64,000 nucleotides of DNA from Desulfobacterales bacterium. GTDB taxonomy: Bacteria > Desulfobacterota > Desulfobacteria > Desulfobacterales > UBA5852. The stretch's first letter is position 1, and every line of letters starts with the position of its first letter. The stretch is taken from assembly GCA_963674755.2 (NCBI GenBank), contig CAXXVS010000003.1:1120001-1184000 (forward strand), read 5' to 3'. The notes under the pieces are model-generated. The model searched no databases. It saw only the letters and a program-made list of their open reading frames with translations, and was not told where the DNA came from. The translations under genes and the position numbers were made by a program. Below are positions 1 through 9,904 of this stretch, piece after piece.

Positions 1-405
1 GACCCACTCCGTCAGCCCCCGTCGCAAGTCGCGACCGGAGTCAAACGAATGCAGGTAAAGATACCGATACTTGATGGTCCACCACAGCCGCTCGATGAAA
101 ATGTTGTCCTGACAGCGGCCCCGGCCGTCCATGCTGATTTTAACCTGGTGGTCCTTGAGCACCTGGATGAAGGCTGTGCTCGTGAACTGAGCCCCCTGAT
201 CGGTGTTGAAGATTTCCGGCGCATCATGACGATCCAGAGCCTCGTGGAGCGCTTCGACACAGAAGGAAGGCTCCAAGGTATTGGAGATGCGCCAGGATAA
301 TATTTTACGGCTGTGCCAGTCCATGATGGCCGCCAGATACATAAAGCCACGGGCCATGGGGACATAGGGACATAGGTGATATCAGCGGCCCAGAGCCTGT
401 TCAGT
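1..405 (-). pseudogene. IS3-family transposase (OrfB, DDE integrase core) fragment, frameshifted and 5'-truncated; runs off window start
   Basis: Minus-strand translation: LWAADITYVP / MARGFMYLAAIMDWHSRKILSW...PEIFNTDQGAQFT...ISMDGRGRCQDNIFIERLWWTIKY. An 8-bp tandem duplication (ggacatag x2, 360-375) shifts the frame. This frame is not in the ORF track. Confidence 0.9.
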
Positions 406-538
406 CTATAGGAATCTGGTTGACTGATCGCTGTGCATCAGCTGGAGACCCACCTCCTGGTTATCGCACTAGGGGGAGCCCTATTAGGGCGTTGCTCTTA
501 TAAAACGAATGCATCTAATTTATGGTACATGGTGCCGA

Positions 539-1183
539 TCAAAGCTCCAAATATATTTCGGAACAATCGTTGCAAAGGGTATGGGTGATATCCGCATCGG
601 TGTGCTTTGTGATATAGGCTTCCAGAGGCCACCAGCGCCCGTTTTCATCCCGGATCCGTTTACATCCACTGCATATCGGCAGAAGTTCCATTAAAAGTTT
701 ATTTTCTTTTAACAATTTCTCTTTTTCGGCCAGAGCTTCCCCGAGGCTTTTGATCAATTCAACCTGCTTTTGTTCGACCTTTTTTCGATCGCTGATCTCC
801 TTGATGATGCAAATGATCTTCAAGGGGCGATCTTTATCGGCTGAAATCTTGGCTCGGATTTCAGCCCAATAGGTGCTGTGATCTTTATGAATCAATTCCA
901 CTTCAACGGTCTGGAGGTCATTCACCCCCTGCTGATATCTTTCCTTGGCCTTGTTCAGTAAGCTCAGGATTCTCTGGTAGGAATCCGGCAACAACCTGTC
1001 TTTAACGGTTAATTTGCGATATTCCTCAGCCGAATAGCCGCTTATCCTTTCGATGCTGGGGTTGACGTAGTCAAATTCCAATGTTTCCGCATCCAAAACA
1101 AATACGGCCTCGATCAGATTATCGGTGATCAATCGGTATTTGTCTTCCAACTTTTCGTATCGCGCTTTGTAATTGGAACCCAT
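539..1183 (-). CDS. PAS-domain protein with C-terminal Cys-rich motif (LPICxxCKRIRD...THxLCxDC)
   Basis: PAS signature (YVNPSIERISGYSAEE; ELIHKDHSTYWAEI), then a coiled coil; GGAGG RBS before ATG at 1183. Confidence 0.85.
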   Translation of the reverse strand: MGSNYKARYEKLEDKYRLITDNLIEAVFVLDAETLEFDYVNPSIERISGYSAEEYRKLTVKDRLLPDSYQRILSLLNKAKERYQQGVNDLQTVEVELIHKDHSTYWAEIRAKISADKDRPLKIICIIKEISDRKKVEQKQVELIKSLGEALAEKEKLLKENKLLMELLPICSGCKRIRDENGRWWPLEAYITKHTDADITHTLCNDCSEIYLEL

Positions 1184-1539
1184 AATAGACCCTCCATTCT
1201 TCACCGGGCGCAATCCTTATCATGCTGTTTCACTGGCCTATTATCGGCATCTATTCGAATTAGGTTAATTTTTCCCCTTGATCTTTCAAAATTTAAACGT
1301 GCTAAAGTAGAAACGTAGCATGCCACTACAAGTCTGGCAGGCAGCAGGCGCGACATGATGGACTATTGGTTTGAGGTAAATGCCTGCCCCATGGGTGCGT
1401 CGCTTGCAGGAACAACGTTGGTAGGTGCAGAGCATGCGAATTGGGTTGAAGAAGGCCGTGATAAAAAGCGCCCGCAGGGATCTTGCTCCCCGCAGGCGCG
1501 CTATCGACTACCAAATTACGCCGCCGACATATAAAAAAC

Positions 1540-1570
1540 AAAAAGACACTTGCGAGCCAAGTGCCTTTTT
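1540..1570. terminator. Putative bidirectional intrinsic terminator downstream of tRNA-Pro
   Basis: aaaaagacacttg-cgagc-caagtgccttttt hairpin with A/T tails on both sides. Confidence 0.6.
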
Positions 1571-1581
1571 AGATTATTCGA

Positions 1582-1658
<77 letters not shown>

Positions 1659-1893
1659 ATTTTTCAGGCGAAAATCTTTAGCATGAATGGCCGGTGGCTG
1701 CAAGCGCAAAGCCTCCGCCGAATCTTATGAATTCTCAACAGGTTGGCAATTAGGAGAACGCATGAAATGCTGACTGAGGGACTGATTTACTCATTCACCT
1801 ACAACAGGTGTTATTTTCATTGGCGGCCCCTGGGTCGGGGGCCTTGTGTCGATCAAATCGTCTATCCGGGCAAGGGATGCGCCCCCGTTGTCG

Positions 1894-3522
1894 TCAAACC
1901 CGGACGACGTGCGGCAAAATGACCGGGCGCGAGCGCGTCTGACGGTAAAAAAAGTCCTGAAGGGTTTTGCAAATGCTTTCTTGCTGCCGGCAGCCGTCTT
2001 TCTTCAGGGTCCGCCGCAATGTGCGTTTGGCCTTTTCCATCAGACGCTTCGATGCATCCATTGGCATGAAGCCCTGGCTGATCAGGCGAACCTCGCCGGC
2101 CAAGCGGCGCTGCCGGTCCACGGGCACATAGCACAACACAAACCCGTTTTGCGACAAGCGCTCCCGGTCCTGCACCACCCGATCGCCGATTTCACCTACC
2201 AGGGAGCCATCCACGTACACATCTTTGAGGGGCATCGGATCCTCCAGCCATGCGCGCTGCCCGTCGCTGACCCATGCCGCCCCGTTTTCCAGGATAAACA
2301 CCGCGTCGGCATCCAGGCCGTTTTGCTGGGCCAGGTAGGAATGCAGGTGCAGGTGGCGGGTTTCGCCATGCACCGGAATCAAAAACCGCGGGTGGACGGC
2401 TTCCAGCATGATGCGCATGTCTTCGCGGCTGCCATGACCGGAAACATGCACGGTGGCGAGGTCGCCGTAAACGACGTTCGCGCCGCGCCGGAACAGGTTG
2501 TTGAGCATCCGGCCGACATTTTCTTCGTTGCCTTCGATGGCACCGCCGGAAATGACGATCGTGTCGCCCGCATGCACCTGCACGTCGCGATGGGCGCCCC
2601 GGGCCATTCGGTTGAGGGCGGAATTGGGTTCGCCCTGGGAGCCGGTTGACAAAATCACCAGCTCGTCCTGCGGTACGTCCGCCTTGATATCCACCAGCAT
2701 TCCCGCGGGGATGTCCAGGTAGCCCAATTCCTGCGCCAGTTCGGCATTCTGTATGAGGCTGCGCCCGGTCAAGGCCAGTTTGCGCCGATGCTTGGCCGCA
2801 AGATTGACGATTTCCTGGAAGCGCGCCAGCACCGAAGCGAAGGTGGCGATAATGATGCGGCTTCCGCCGGCCTCGGCAAACAGGCCGTCCAGCACCGATG
2901 TCACCAGCTGTTCGGTCGGCGTGCGGCCCGGTCGATCGGCATTGGTGCTGTCCGCCAGCAAGGCGAGCACGCCGTTGGGCGTCAAGGCCTGCAGCCGTTT
3001 CAAATCGGTCGTGCGGCCGCCGGCGGGCGTTTCATCCAGTTTGTAATCACCGGTATGCACCACCGCGCCGACCGGCGTATCGATGACGAGCCCCACGGAA
3101 GCGGGAATGGAGTGCGCCACGGCAAAAGGGCTGACCTTGAACGGGCCCAGATGGATCGTCTGCCGGTCGTCGAAGCGCTGCAGCGTCACATGAGCGAGGC
3201 CCGCCTCTTCCAGTTGGCGCGCCGCCATTCCCAGCGTCAAATCCGTGCCGTACACGGGGGCGTCCACCTGTTTGAGCAGGTAGGAAAGCCCGCCGATATG
3301 GTCCATGTGCCCGTGGGTCAGCACGATCCCACGCAACAGGGCCTTGTTTTCAATCACGTAATCAAAGTCGGGCAGCACGAGATCGATCCCGTACAAGTCG
3401 TTCTCGGGGAACATGACCCCGCAATCGACGATGATCAGGTTGCGGCCGTATTCGAGCAAGGTCATGTTCTTGCCGATTTCGCCCAGGCCGCCGATGGGAA
3501 TAATCTTTAAACGTTTAGACAT
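1894..3522 (-). CDS. rnj: Ribonuclease J (beta-CASP metallo-beta-lactamase)
   Basis: IPIGGLGEIGKNM, THGHMDHIGG, HTGDYKLD, GSQGEP, HVSGH, PVHGE motifs; start set at MSKRLK (3522). Confidence 0.95.
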   Translation of the reverse strand: MSKRLKIIPIGGLGEIGKNMTLLEYGRNLIIVDCGVMFPENDLYGIDLVLPDFDYVIENKALLRGIVLTHGHMDHIGGLSYLLKQVDAPVYGTDLTLGMAARQLEEAGLAHVTLQRFDDRQTIHLGPFKVSPFAVAHSIPASVGLVIDTPVGAVVHTGDYKLDETPAGGRTTDLKRLQALTPNGVLALLADSTNADRPGRTPTEQLVTSVLDGLFAEAGGSRIIIATFASVLARFQEIVNLAAKHRRKLALTGRSLIQNAELAQELGYLDIPAGMLVDIKADVPQDELVILSTGSQGEPNSALNRMARGAHRDVQVHAGDTIVISGGAIEGNEENVGRMLNNLFRRGANVVYGDLATVHVSGHGSREDMRIMLEAVHPRFLIPVHGETRHLHLHSYLAQQNGLDADAVFILENGAAWVSDGQRAWLEDPMPLKDVYVDGSLVGEIGDRVVQDRERLSQNGFVLCYVPVDRQRRLAGEVRLISQGFMPMDASKRLMEKAKRTLRRTLKKDGCRQQESICKTLQDFFYRQTRSRPVILPHVVRV

Positions 3523-4146
3523 AGTGGTTTTCGTAGGTCTCCTTTGTCGCCCTGAATGGCCGCTGATTTCCCGCGCACGATCCCGGAACGCAATGCGCCA
3601 GGCGTGCGCAATCCCCTGGCCGGGGCGGTGAGATTGAGCAGGCACCCATGGTGACAGAAAATTGAAATAATGGTGATGTTGGTTTTTCGCAGGCAGGTTT
3701 AAAAGGACTCGTGTAGGCTGGACAGGAGCTTTTCCGCCAACGGAAAGTTTGCTGACAATATCCGACCGAATGCGGTTTTGTCAAGATTCCATAATCGCCC
3801 GTCCCCATTTTCAGTGCTGCCAAGGTCAGAAACGGGGGCAAGGCGGTCCTGGCTCCCTCACAAGGGAAACCCATTTCCATTCCCTTGTGGGGGGGAAATC
3901 AGGCACCGGCCCGTCAGGGAGTGCTGATCGTCTACCGGAAACTATCCCAAAGGACGGTGATAACCCCGGACTTGCCAGGGCCCCGGCTTGTCATTTCTCG
4001 GGTCTGCCACGGCAACCCGCCAGTGTTGCGACAACAATTGGCCGATCCGGCATTTGATCGAAGGCCGGCGGCCTTTGTGGGGAAGCCGTTACGAACGGCT
4101 GCGGCTGCCTTGGCAGGCGATGCTTCGGGCGATGACGTGTCTCAGC

Positions 4147-4203
4147 TTGACAACCCGAACGATGACAACTATTGTCCCTATAATTCGTTAAATGGCGAAA
4201 TAT
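4147..4203 (+). promoter_or_regulatory. Sigma70 promoter and putative ArsR operator
   Basis: TTGACA(4147)-17 bp-TATTGT(4170), followed by imperfect inverted repeat taattcg-ttaaatgg-cgaaata just before arsR. Confidence 0.65.
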
Positions 4204-4212
4204 GAGGGATGT

Positions 4213-4569
4213 ATGTTGGCGTTCATGAATATCACCAAAGCCCTGGCCGACGAAAACCGGGTGCGCATCCTGATGGCACTGCACGGCGAGGAGGAGCTGT
4301 GCGTCTGCCAGCTGATCGACCTGCTGCAATTGGCCCCGTCCACGGTTTCCAAGCACCTTTTCATCCTGCGCAACGCCCGTCTCGTCCTGGGACGCAAGGC
4401 GGGGCGCTGGATGTATTACCGCTTGAACGGGGCGGCGGCCGCCGGGGTGGTCAAGGAAGCCCTCGATTGGGTGGCGCGCTCGGTGGCTGAAGATCCGGTC
4501 ATCCATCAGGACAAGGCACGCCTGGCGGCATTCGGGACGGATTCGGCCCAAACGAAATGCGGCGTTTAG
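4213..4569 (+). CDS. arsR: ArsR/SmtB family arsenic-responsive repressor
   Basis: KALADENRVRIL, ELCVCQL metal-binding motif, STVSKHL, GRWMYYRL; GAGGG RBS. Confidence 0.92.
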   Translation: MLAFMNITKALADENRVRILMALHGEEELCVCQLIDLLQLAPSTVSKHLFILRNARLVLGRKAGRWMYYRLNGAAAAGVVKEALDWVARSVAEDPVIHQDKARLAAFGTDSAQTKCGV

Positions 4570-4743
4570 TGGTCCTATTCATCGATACGCTGACATTCGA
4601 GCGCCAATTCATCCTGTCTGACGGCGTTGTGAAACCACGGCATATTCCAGATATCCCTTAGCTTTCAAGCCTTGTCCGCCAGGCGACTTGACGCTCGTAT
4701 GACGCCACCGTTTTTACGAACAGGACCACTTAGGAGCGAGCCA

Positions 4744-5865
4744 ATGGCTGATGTAACGAAACGCCTGTCGTTTTTAGACCGCTATCTGACGCTGTGGATT
4801 TTTCTGGCCATGTTCGCCGGGGTGACGGGGGGCTATCTTTTCCCCGGCATCCGGGAGGCCATCAACTGGTTCCAGGTGGGCACCACCAACATCCCCATTG
4901 CGGTGGGATTGATCCTGATGATGTATCCGCCTCTGGCCAAAGTGCGCTACGAGGAGCTGCCCCGGGTGTTTCGCAACGGCAAGGTGCTGGCGCTGTCCCT
5001 GGTGCAGAACTGGATCATCGGCCCGATTCTGATGTTCCTGCTGGCCGTCGCTTTTCTGTCCGGTCACCATGACTATATGGTGGGGCTTATCATGATCGGA
5101 CTGGCCCGCTGCATTGCCATGGTCATCGTCTGGAACGACCTGGCCCAGGGCGATCGCGAATACTGCGCCGGGCTGGTGGCCTTCAACTCCATCTTCCAGG
5201 TGCTCTTCTTCTCCTTCTATGCCTACATTTTTATCACCCTGGTGCCCCATTGGCTGGGAATGCAGGGCATGGTGGTGAACATCTCCATCGGCCAGATCGC
5301 CCAGAGCGTCTTCATCTACCTGGGCATTCCCTTTATCGGCGGGATGGTGTCGCGGTATGTCGGCCTAAGGCTCAAAGGCCGCGACTGGTACGAGAACACG
5401 TTTATTCCCCGCATCAGCCCGATCACGTTGATCGCCCTGCTGTTCACAATCCTGGTGATGTTTTCCCTCAAGGGCAATTACATCGTCCGGTTGCCTCTGG
5501 ATGTCGTCCGCATCGCCATTCCGCTGAGCATCTATTTCGTGGTCATGTTCGTGGTGTCGTTTTTCCTGTCGATGAAAGTCGGGGCTACGTACGAGCAATC
5601 GGCCACGTTGAGCTTTACGGCCGCCTCCAACAATTTCGAACTGGCCATCGCCGTGGCGGTGGCGGTCTTCGGCATCGATTCGGGTCAGGCCTTCGCCGCC
5701 GTGATCGGCCCGCTGGTGGAGGTGCCGGTCCTGATCGCCCTGGTGAACGTGGCCTTCTGGTTCAAGCGCCGCTATTTCCCCTACGAAATCAAGGCGGTCA
5801 CCGGTGTCTGCCACGTGCATCACCGGCCGCGGGGGCTTGAATCCTGCGCTGACAAGGAATCCTGA
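4744..5865 (+). CDS. acr3: Acr3 family arsenite efflux transporter
   Basis: [60 protein letters not shown] before 4744. Confidence 0.96.
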   Translation: MADVTKRLSFLDRYLTLWIFLAMFAGVTGGYLFPGIREAINWFQVGTTNIPIAVGLILMMYPPLAKVRYEELPRVFRNGKVLALSLVQNWIIGPILMFLLAVAFLSGHHDYMVGLIMIGLARCIAMVIVWNDLAQGDREYCAGLVAFNSIFQVLFFSFYAYIFITLVPHWLGMQGMVVNISIGQIAQSVFIYLGIPFIGGMVSRYVGLRLKGRDWYENTFIPRISPITLIALLFTILVMFSLKGNYIVRLPLDVVRIAIPLSIYFVVMFVVSFFLSMKVGATYEQSATLSFTAASNNFELAIAVAVAVFGIDSGQAFAAVIGPLVEVPVLIALVNVAFWFKRRYFPYEIKAVTGVCHVHHRPRGLESCADKES

Positions 5866-5902
5866 CCACCATTTATAAGGAAGGGGCAATAAGGCAGGGG
5901 CT

Positions 5903-6499
5903 ATGGAAACCTACACCGTCTTCCCGGATCGAACCATAACGCAAGCCGGTCCCATGGGACGGATATTTACGGGACTTGGTATCGGAACCTTTCACGGGGC
6001 CTGCCGCTGGGTGCAGCAACTGCCCTACGGCTACAATTCCGACCGGGACGACCTCATGATCCTGTTCAAGGAAAAAAGGGGCAGCTGCACCACCAAGCAT
6101 GCAGTCATCGCCACACTGGCCGCCGAGCTGGATCTGCCCATCCACAAAAACATAGGCATCTACGCCATGACCGAGGCCCTGGTTACCGGCTCCCGGGAGA
6201 TCCTGGATCGTTATCGGTTGCCTTATGTGCCCATGCTGCACTGTTTTCTCGTCTGCCGGAACCACCGGGTCGATCTTTCCGAGGGCAACCGCAACGGCAA
6301 GAACGGTCCCATCGATCGTTTCCTTTATACAGCCGGCGTTTCGGCCACCATTTCCGCCAAAGACGAATACCGCCTTTACCGACAGGCGCTGAAGGATGAG
6401 GTCCTTTCCCGAGCGGAGCTGGAGGGGACCGATATGAAAACCATGCTCAAGGCGCGCGAAGAGGGTCTGGCCCTGCTGAAGCACAACCTAACGCGATAA
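5903..6499 (+). CDS. Hypothetical protein with possible transglutaminase-like Cys-His-Asp triad
   Basis: LPYGYN...GSCTTKH...HCFL...RVD; co-oriented between acr3 and arsM. Confidence 0.7.
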   Translation: METYTVFPDRTITQAGPMGRIFTGLGIGTFHGACRWVQQLPYGYNSDRDDLMILFKEKRGSCTTKHAVIATLAAELDLPIHKNIGIYAMTEALVTGSREILDRYRLPYVPMLHCFLVCRNHRVDLSEGNRNGKNGPIDRFLYTAGVSATISAKDEYRLYRQALKDEVLSRAELEGTDMKTMLKAREEGLALLKHNLTR

Positions 6500-6510
6500 A
6501 GAGGTGTATC

Positions 6511-7317
6511 ATGAAAGAAGAATCCGCCGATATCATTCGTCAAGTCGTACGGGGACGCTATGCCCAAGCGGCGGGCGGCGCGGGATGCGGCTGCGCATCC
6601 GAACCGGCATCGCCCTGCTGCGGCGCGCAACCAAGAAGTGCTTTCGATCCGAACCAGGTGATGGGCTACTCGCAGAAAGAACTGGCGAGCGTCGTGGATG
6701 GGGCCAATCTGGGGCTGGGGTGTGGCAACCCCACCGCCATCGGCTCCCTCAAGCCGGGGGAGGTCGTGCTGGATCTGGGCAGCGGCGGCGGGTTCGACTG
6801 CTTCCTGGCCGCCCAGAAGGTGGGGCGCCAGGGCCGGGTGATCGGGGTCGACATGACGCCCGAAATGCTCAGCAAGGCCCGGGAGAATGCGGCCCGTATG
6901 GAAGCCGTCAATGTCGAATTCCGCCTGGGCGAAATCGAACACCTGCCGGTGGCCGACAACAGCGTGGATGTCATCATCTCCAACTGCGTCATCAACCTTT
7001 CTCCGCAAAAAGCGCAGGTCTTCAAAGAGGCCTTTCGTGCTTTGACGCCGGGCGGCCGTCTGATGATTTCCGATGTGGTGGCCACGGCCGAAATGCCGGA
7101 AGCGTTGCGCAAGCAGGCGGCCATGCTGACGGGGTGCGTTGCCGGCGCCGTGCATGTCGATCAAATAAGGGAATTGCTGGGGACAGCAGGCTTCCGGGGA
7201 ATCAAGATCGACCTGAAAGACTACAGCAGGCAATTGATCCATGGCTGGTTTCCCGGCAGCGGCGCCGAAGACTATGTGGCCTCCGCGGCCATTGAAGCCG
7301 TAAAACCATCTCAGTGA
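6511..7317 (+). CDS. arsM: Arsenite S-adenosylmethionine methyltransferase
   Basis: ANLGLGCGNP, VLDLGSGGGFDCF, GVDMTPEM, ISNCVINLS, GCVAGA motifs. Confidence 0.95.
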   Translation: MKEESADIIRQVVRGRYAQAAGGAGCGCASEPASPCCGAQPRSAFDPNQVMGYSQKELASVVDGANLGLGCGNPTAIGSLKPGEVVLDLGSGGGFDCFLAAQKVGRQGRVIGVDMTPEMLSKARENAARMEAVNVEFRLGEIEHLPVADNSVDVIISNCVINLSPQKAQVFKEAFRALTPGGRLMISDVVATAEMPEALRKQAAMLTGCVAGAVHVDQIRELLGTAGFRGIKIDLKDYSRQLIHGWFPGSGAEDYVASAAIEAVKPSQ

Positions 7318-7367
7318 TATTCGAATGGTGCCGCAGCCACGCGGCTGGCCTGGAGAAATGGCACGAC

Positions 7368-7863
7368 TAGTTTTAATCCAAACCCACCATCTCTGGTGGA
7401 GGCCCCGGAGGGTTCTGCCGATCCGGGGCGCTTTTCTATTATTGGCGCCTTCATTTTCTTGCACGTGCAAGAAAACGGAAGCAATCACGCCTCGGCCTGA
7501 CAGGCTTCAAACGCCCGTGTCCCGCTTAACCCTGCGCGTCGTCCAACCGGCCCATGAAACGGCGCCTCGTGCCGCCATGCGGCGTTGCCAGGCTTGCTCG
7601 GGTGCTCACAATCTGGCGATTGCTGCGCGCCTCACTTCACCTGTCGCCTTGCCTGACAGCACGATGCTTGCTTCATTGACCGGTTGAAGCGACCGGAGCC
7701 CGCACGCGGAAACTCGCCCCGCCTGCGACAAGCCTTCGGCGGACAGGCAGTCCGCGCGCTTTAATCCGCCCGCCCCGCCGATGCTCGGCGCGGGACAAAG
7801 GGAAATCTGAAAACCGAGGGCCACAACTTCATTTTTGAAGCCTCCTTTTTGGAAGCTACCTGA
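7368..7863 (+). repeat. Structured repeat family A, copy 1 (carries the ~143-bp internal module)
   Basis: Shared blocks ggtggagg.cccggag..ccgatccgggg, ttttcttgcacgtgcaagaaaa, aaacgcccgtgtcccg, gatgctcggcgcgggacaaaggg also at 18.7, 22.1, 41.3 and 50.4 kb. Confidence 0.9.
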
Positions 7864-8072
7864 TGCCTCCCGCTATGCGGGAGGAGACTCGTTATGATTG
7901 AAAGCCGTTGCGAACCTGTCAAATTTGCGTTTATCCCGTCAATTGACGGATATCGATGCGCTATCGGGAGTTCACCCGAATCGGCGATTGCCGCTATGGG
8001 CGGCAACGATCGCTATTGGAATCAAAACTGACGATTTCGATGACGATTCCTATTTCGGTAAGGCAGAGCGAT

Positions 8073-8107
8073 ATCCAGCATCCAGCATCCAGTATCCAGT
8101 CTCCAGC
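8073..8107. repeat. Heptamer tandem repeat (atccagY x5)
   Basis: atccagc atccagc atccagt atccagt ctccagc. Confidence 0.8.
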
Positions 8108-8121
8108 TTTCCCGAAACTCC

Positions 8122-8150
8122 TTGACAGGTTTGGTCACTCATATTAATTT
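8122..8150 (+). promoter_or_regulatory. Sigma70 promoter of tRNA-Leu/tig operon
   Basis: TTGACA-17 bp-TAATTT, 30 bp upstream of the tRNA. Confidence 0.6.
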
Positions 8151-8180
8151 GTCCATTTATTCTTGTGCTGTATGGCAGCT

Positions 8181-8267
8181 GCGAGAGTGGCGGAATTGGT
8201 AGACGCACTGGACTTAGGATCCAGCTCTGGCGACAGAGTGGGAGTTCAAGTCTCCCCTCTCGCACCA
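8181..8267 (+). tRNA. tRNA-Leu(TAG)
   Basis: gcgagagtggcggaattggtagacgc...ctggactTAGgatccag, long variable arm, gttcaagtc, CCA. Confidence 0.97.
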
Positions 8268-8446
8268 TATCCGACAGTTTTAAGAGTGCCTGGAGGTGAT
8301 CGACTCCGGGCACTCGACGTATAGGGGCTGACGCAAACACGGCCGTAGCGGGTTTGTGATCGCCCGGGCCGCTTTTGGAGTGCGTATCATGTTCGAACCC
8401 ATTCCCCGCCGCAGTGGGGATGCGGTTCGCCTGGAAAGGAACCGGA

Positions 8447-9778
8447 ATGAATTTTTCAGTTGAGGACCAGAGTACCGTTAAAAAGAAGCTCACCATCGAG
8501 GTGCCCAGGGAGGATGTCGTTCGCGAACTGGACAAGGCCTACAAGGAATTAAAACGGAGTGCCAAGGTCAAGGGGTTCCGGCCGGGCAAAGCCCCCCGCT
8601 CCGTGCTCGAGCGGTTGTACGGCAAAGACGTCCGGGCGGATGTGGCCTCGCGCCTGATTCAGGAAACCTTTGTGGAGGCGTTGAAGGAATCCGAGATGAA
8701 CGTGGTGGGCACCCCGGAGATCGACCCCCCGGATCTCAAGGTGGATGAAGGCTATACCTTTACGGCCACGGTGGAGGTGAACCCCGAGCTGGCGTCTTTC
8801 AACCTCGACGGTTTTCAATTGAAAAAAACCCTTTACCGGGCGACGGATGAAGAGGTGGACGCCCAACTGCAGATGCTGCGCAACAACCTGGCCCGCATGG
8901 TGCCCATCGAGGGGGCGCGCCCGGTGGCCGACGGCGACTACGTGATGGTGGACTACGAGGGGATGAGGGACGGCAAACCCTATGCCGAAACCCAGCGCAC
9001 GGAAAATTTTTCCATGAAAATCGGCGACGGACTGCTCCATCCGGATGTCGATGCGGCCCTTAAGGGATTGAATGCCGGCGATAGCACGGAAGTCGCCGTG
9101 AAATTTGCCGGTGACCATTTCAATGACAAGCTGGCCGGACAGGAGATCACCTTCCATGTGACCGTCAAGGAAATCCGGGAGCAGCAGATTCCGGAGATCG
9201 ACGACGAAATGGCCAAGCGGCTGGGCCCGTTCGACTCCCTGGCGGCGCTCAAAGAAAAAATCAACGAGAACCTTTCCGCGGGCTACAGCAAGCGCCAGGA
9301 GCAGGAACTCAACGAACAGGTCTTCAAAGCCCTGATCGCCCAGCAGGATTTCGAGGTCCCGGAGTCCCTGGTCAATAGCGAGCTGGAAACCATTTTGAGC
9401 GAAGCCAAACAGAAGTTCGCCTACCACAACACCTCCATGGAGGAACTGGGGCTGAATGACGAAGGCTTGCGCGACCAATATCGTGAAACAGCCCTCAACC
9501 AGGTACGCCGCCACATGATCCTGGCCAAGATTATCGCGCAGGAGTCCCTGGAGGTGTCCGACGAGGAGCTGGAAGCCGGCTATCAGGAGATGGCCGACAG
9601 CTTCAACCAGCCGGTGGATGTCATCAAGCAGGTTTATGCCCAGGACCCGGACCGGGTTGATGTGTTCAAGTACGCTTTACTTGAAAAACAGGCAATTAAG
9701 CTTATTGTTGATAGAAGTTCCATCGAGGAAGTTGAGCCGGAACTGGAAACCCCCGCTGAAGACGACAAGGCCGAATAA
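8447..9778 (+). CDS. tig: Trigger factor
   Basis: GFRPGKAP ribosome-binding signature, FKBP-like domain; canonical position before clpP. Confidence 0.97.
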   Translation: MNFSVEDQSTVKKKLTIEVPREDVVRELDKAYKELKRSAKVKGFRPGKAPRSVLERLYGKDVRADVASRLIQETFVEALKESEMNVVGTPEIDPPDLKVDEGYTFTATVEVNPELASFNLDGFQLKKTLYRATDEEVDAQLQMLRNNLARMVPIEGARPVADGDYVMVDYEGMRDGKPYAETQRTENFSMKIGDGLLHPDVDAALKGLNAGDSTEVAVKFAGDHFNDKLAGQEITFHVTVKEIREQQIPEIDDEMAKRLGPFDSLAALKEKINENLSAGYSKRQEQELNEQVFKALIAQQDFEVPESLVNSELETILSEAKQKFAYHNTSMEELGLNDEGLRDQYRETALNQVRRHMILAKIIAQESLEVSDEELEAGYQEMADSFNQPVDVIKQVYAQDPDRVDVFKYALLEKQAIKLIVDRSSIEEVEPELETPAEDDKAE

Positions 9779-9904
9779 GGGGCCTTGTCGGATCTGAAAC
9801 CGATCACTTTGACGGGGTCTTGAAGGTGTAAGCGCTCAAGGCCCCACCTGTCATCGGACTGGTAGGCCGACAACCACCTGACATTATTTATAAGGAGAAC
9901 CATT

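Noticed and set aside
3860..4030. Possible riboswitch between rnj and arsR
   Set aside because: GC-rich hairpins are present, but I could not match the conserved core of any known riboswitch; needs an Infernal scan.
4744..7317. Selenocysteine read-through at TGA stops of acr3 and arsM
   Set aside because: Both proteins are already full length at the TGA, and no convincing continuation or SECIS was seen.
7325..7824. ORFs inside repeat family A (also 18828-19013, 22223-22755, 41310-41573, 50562-50852)
   Set aside because: These are translations of a palindromic non-coding repeat; frames and indels are inconsistent between copies.
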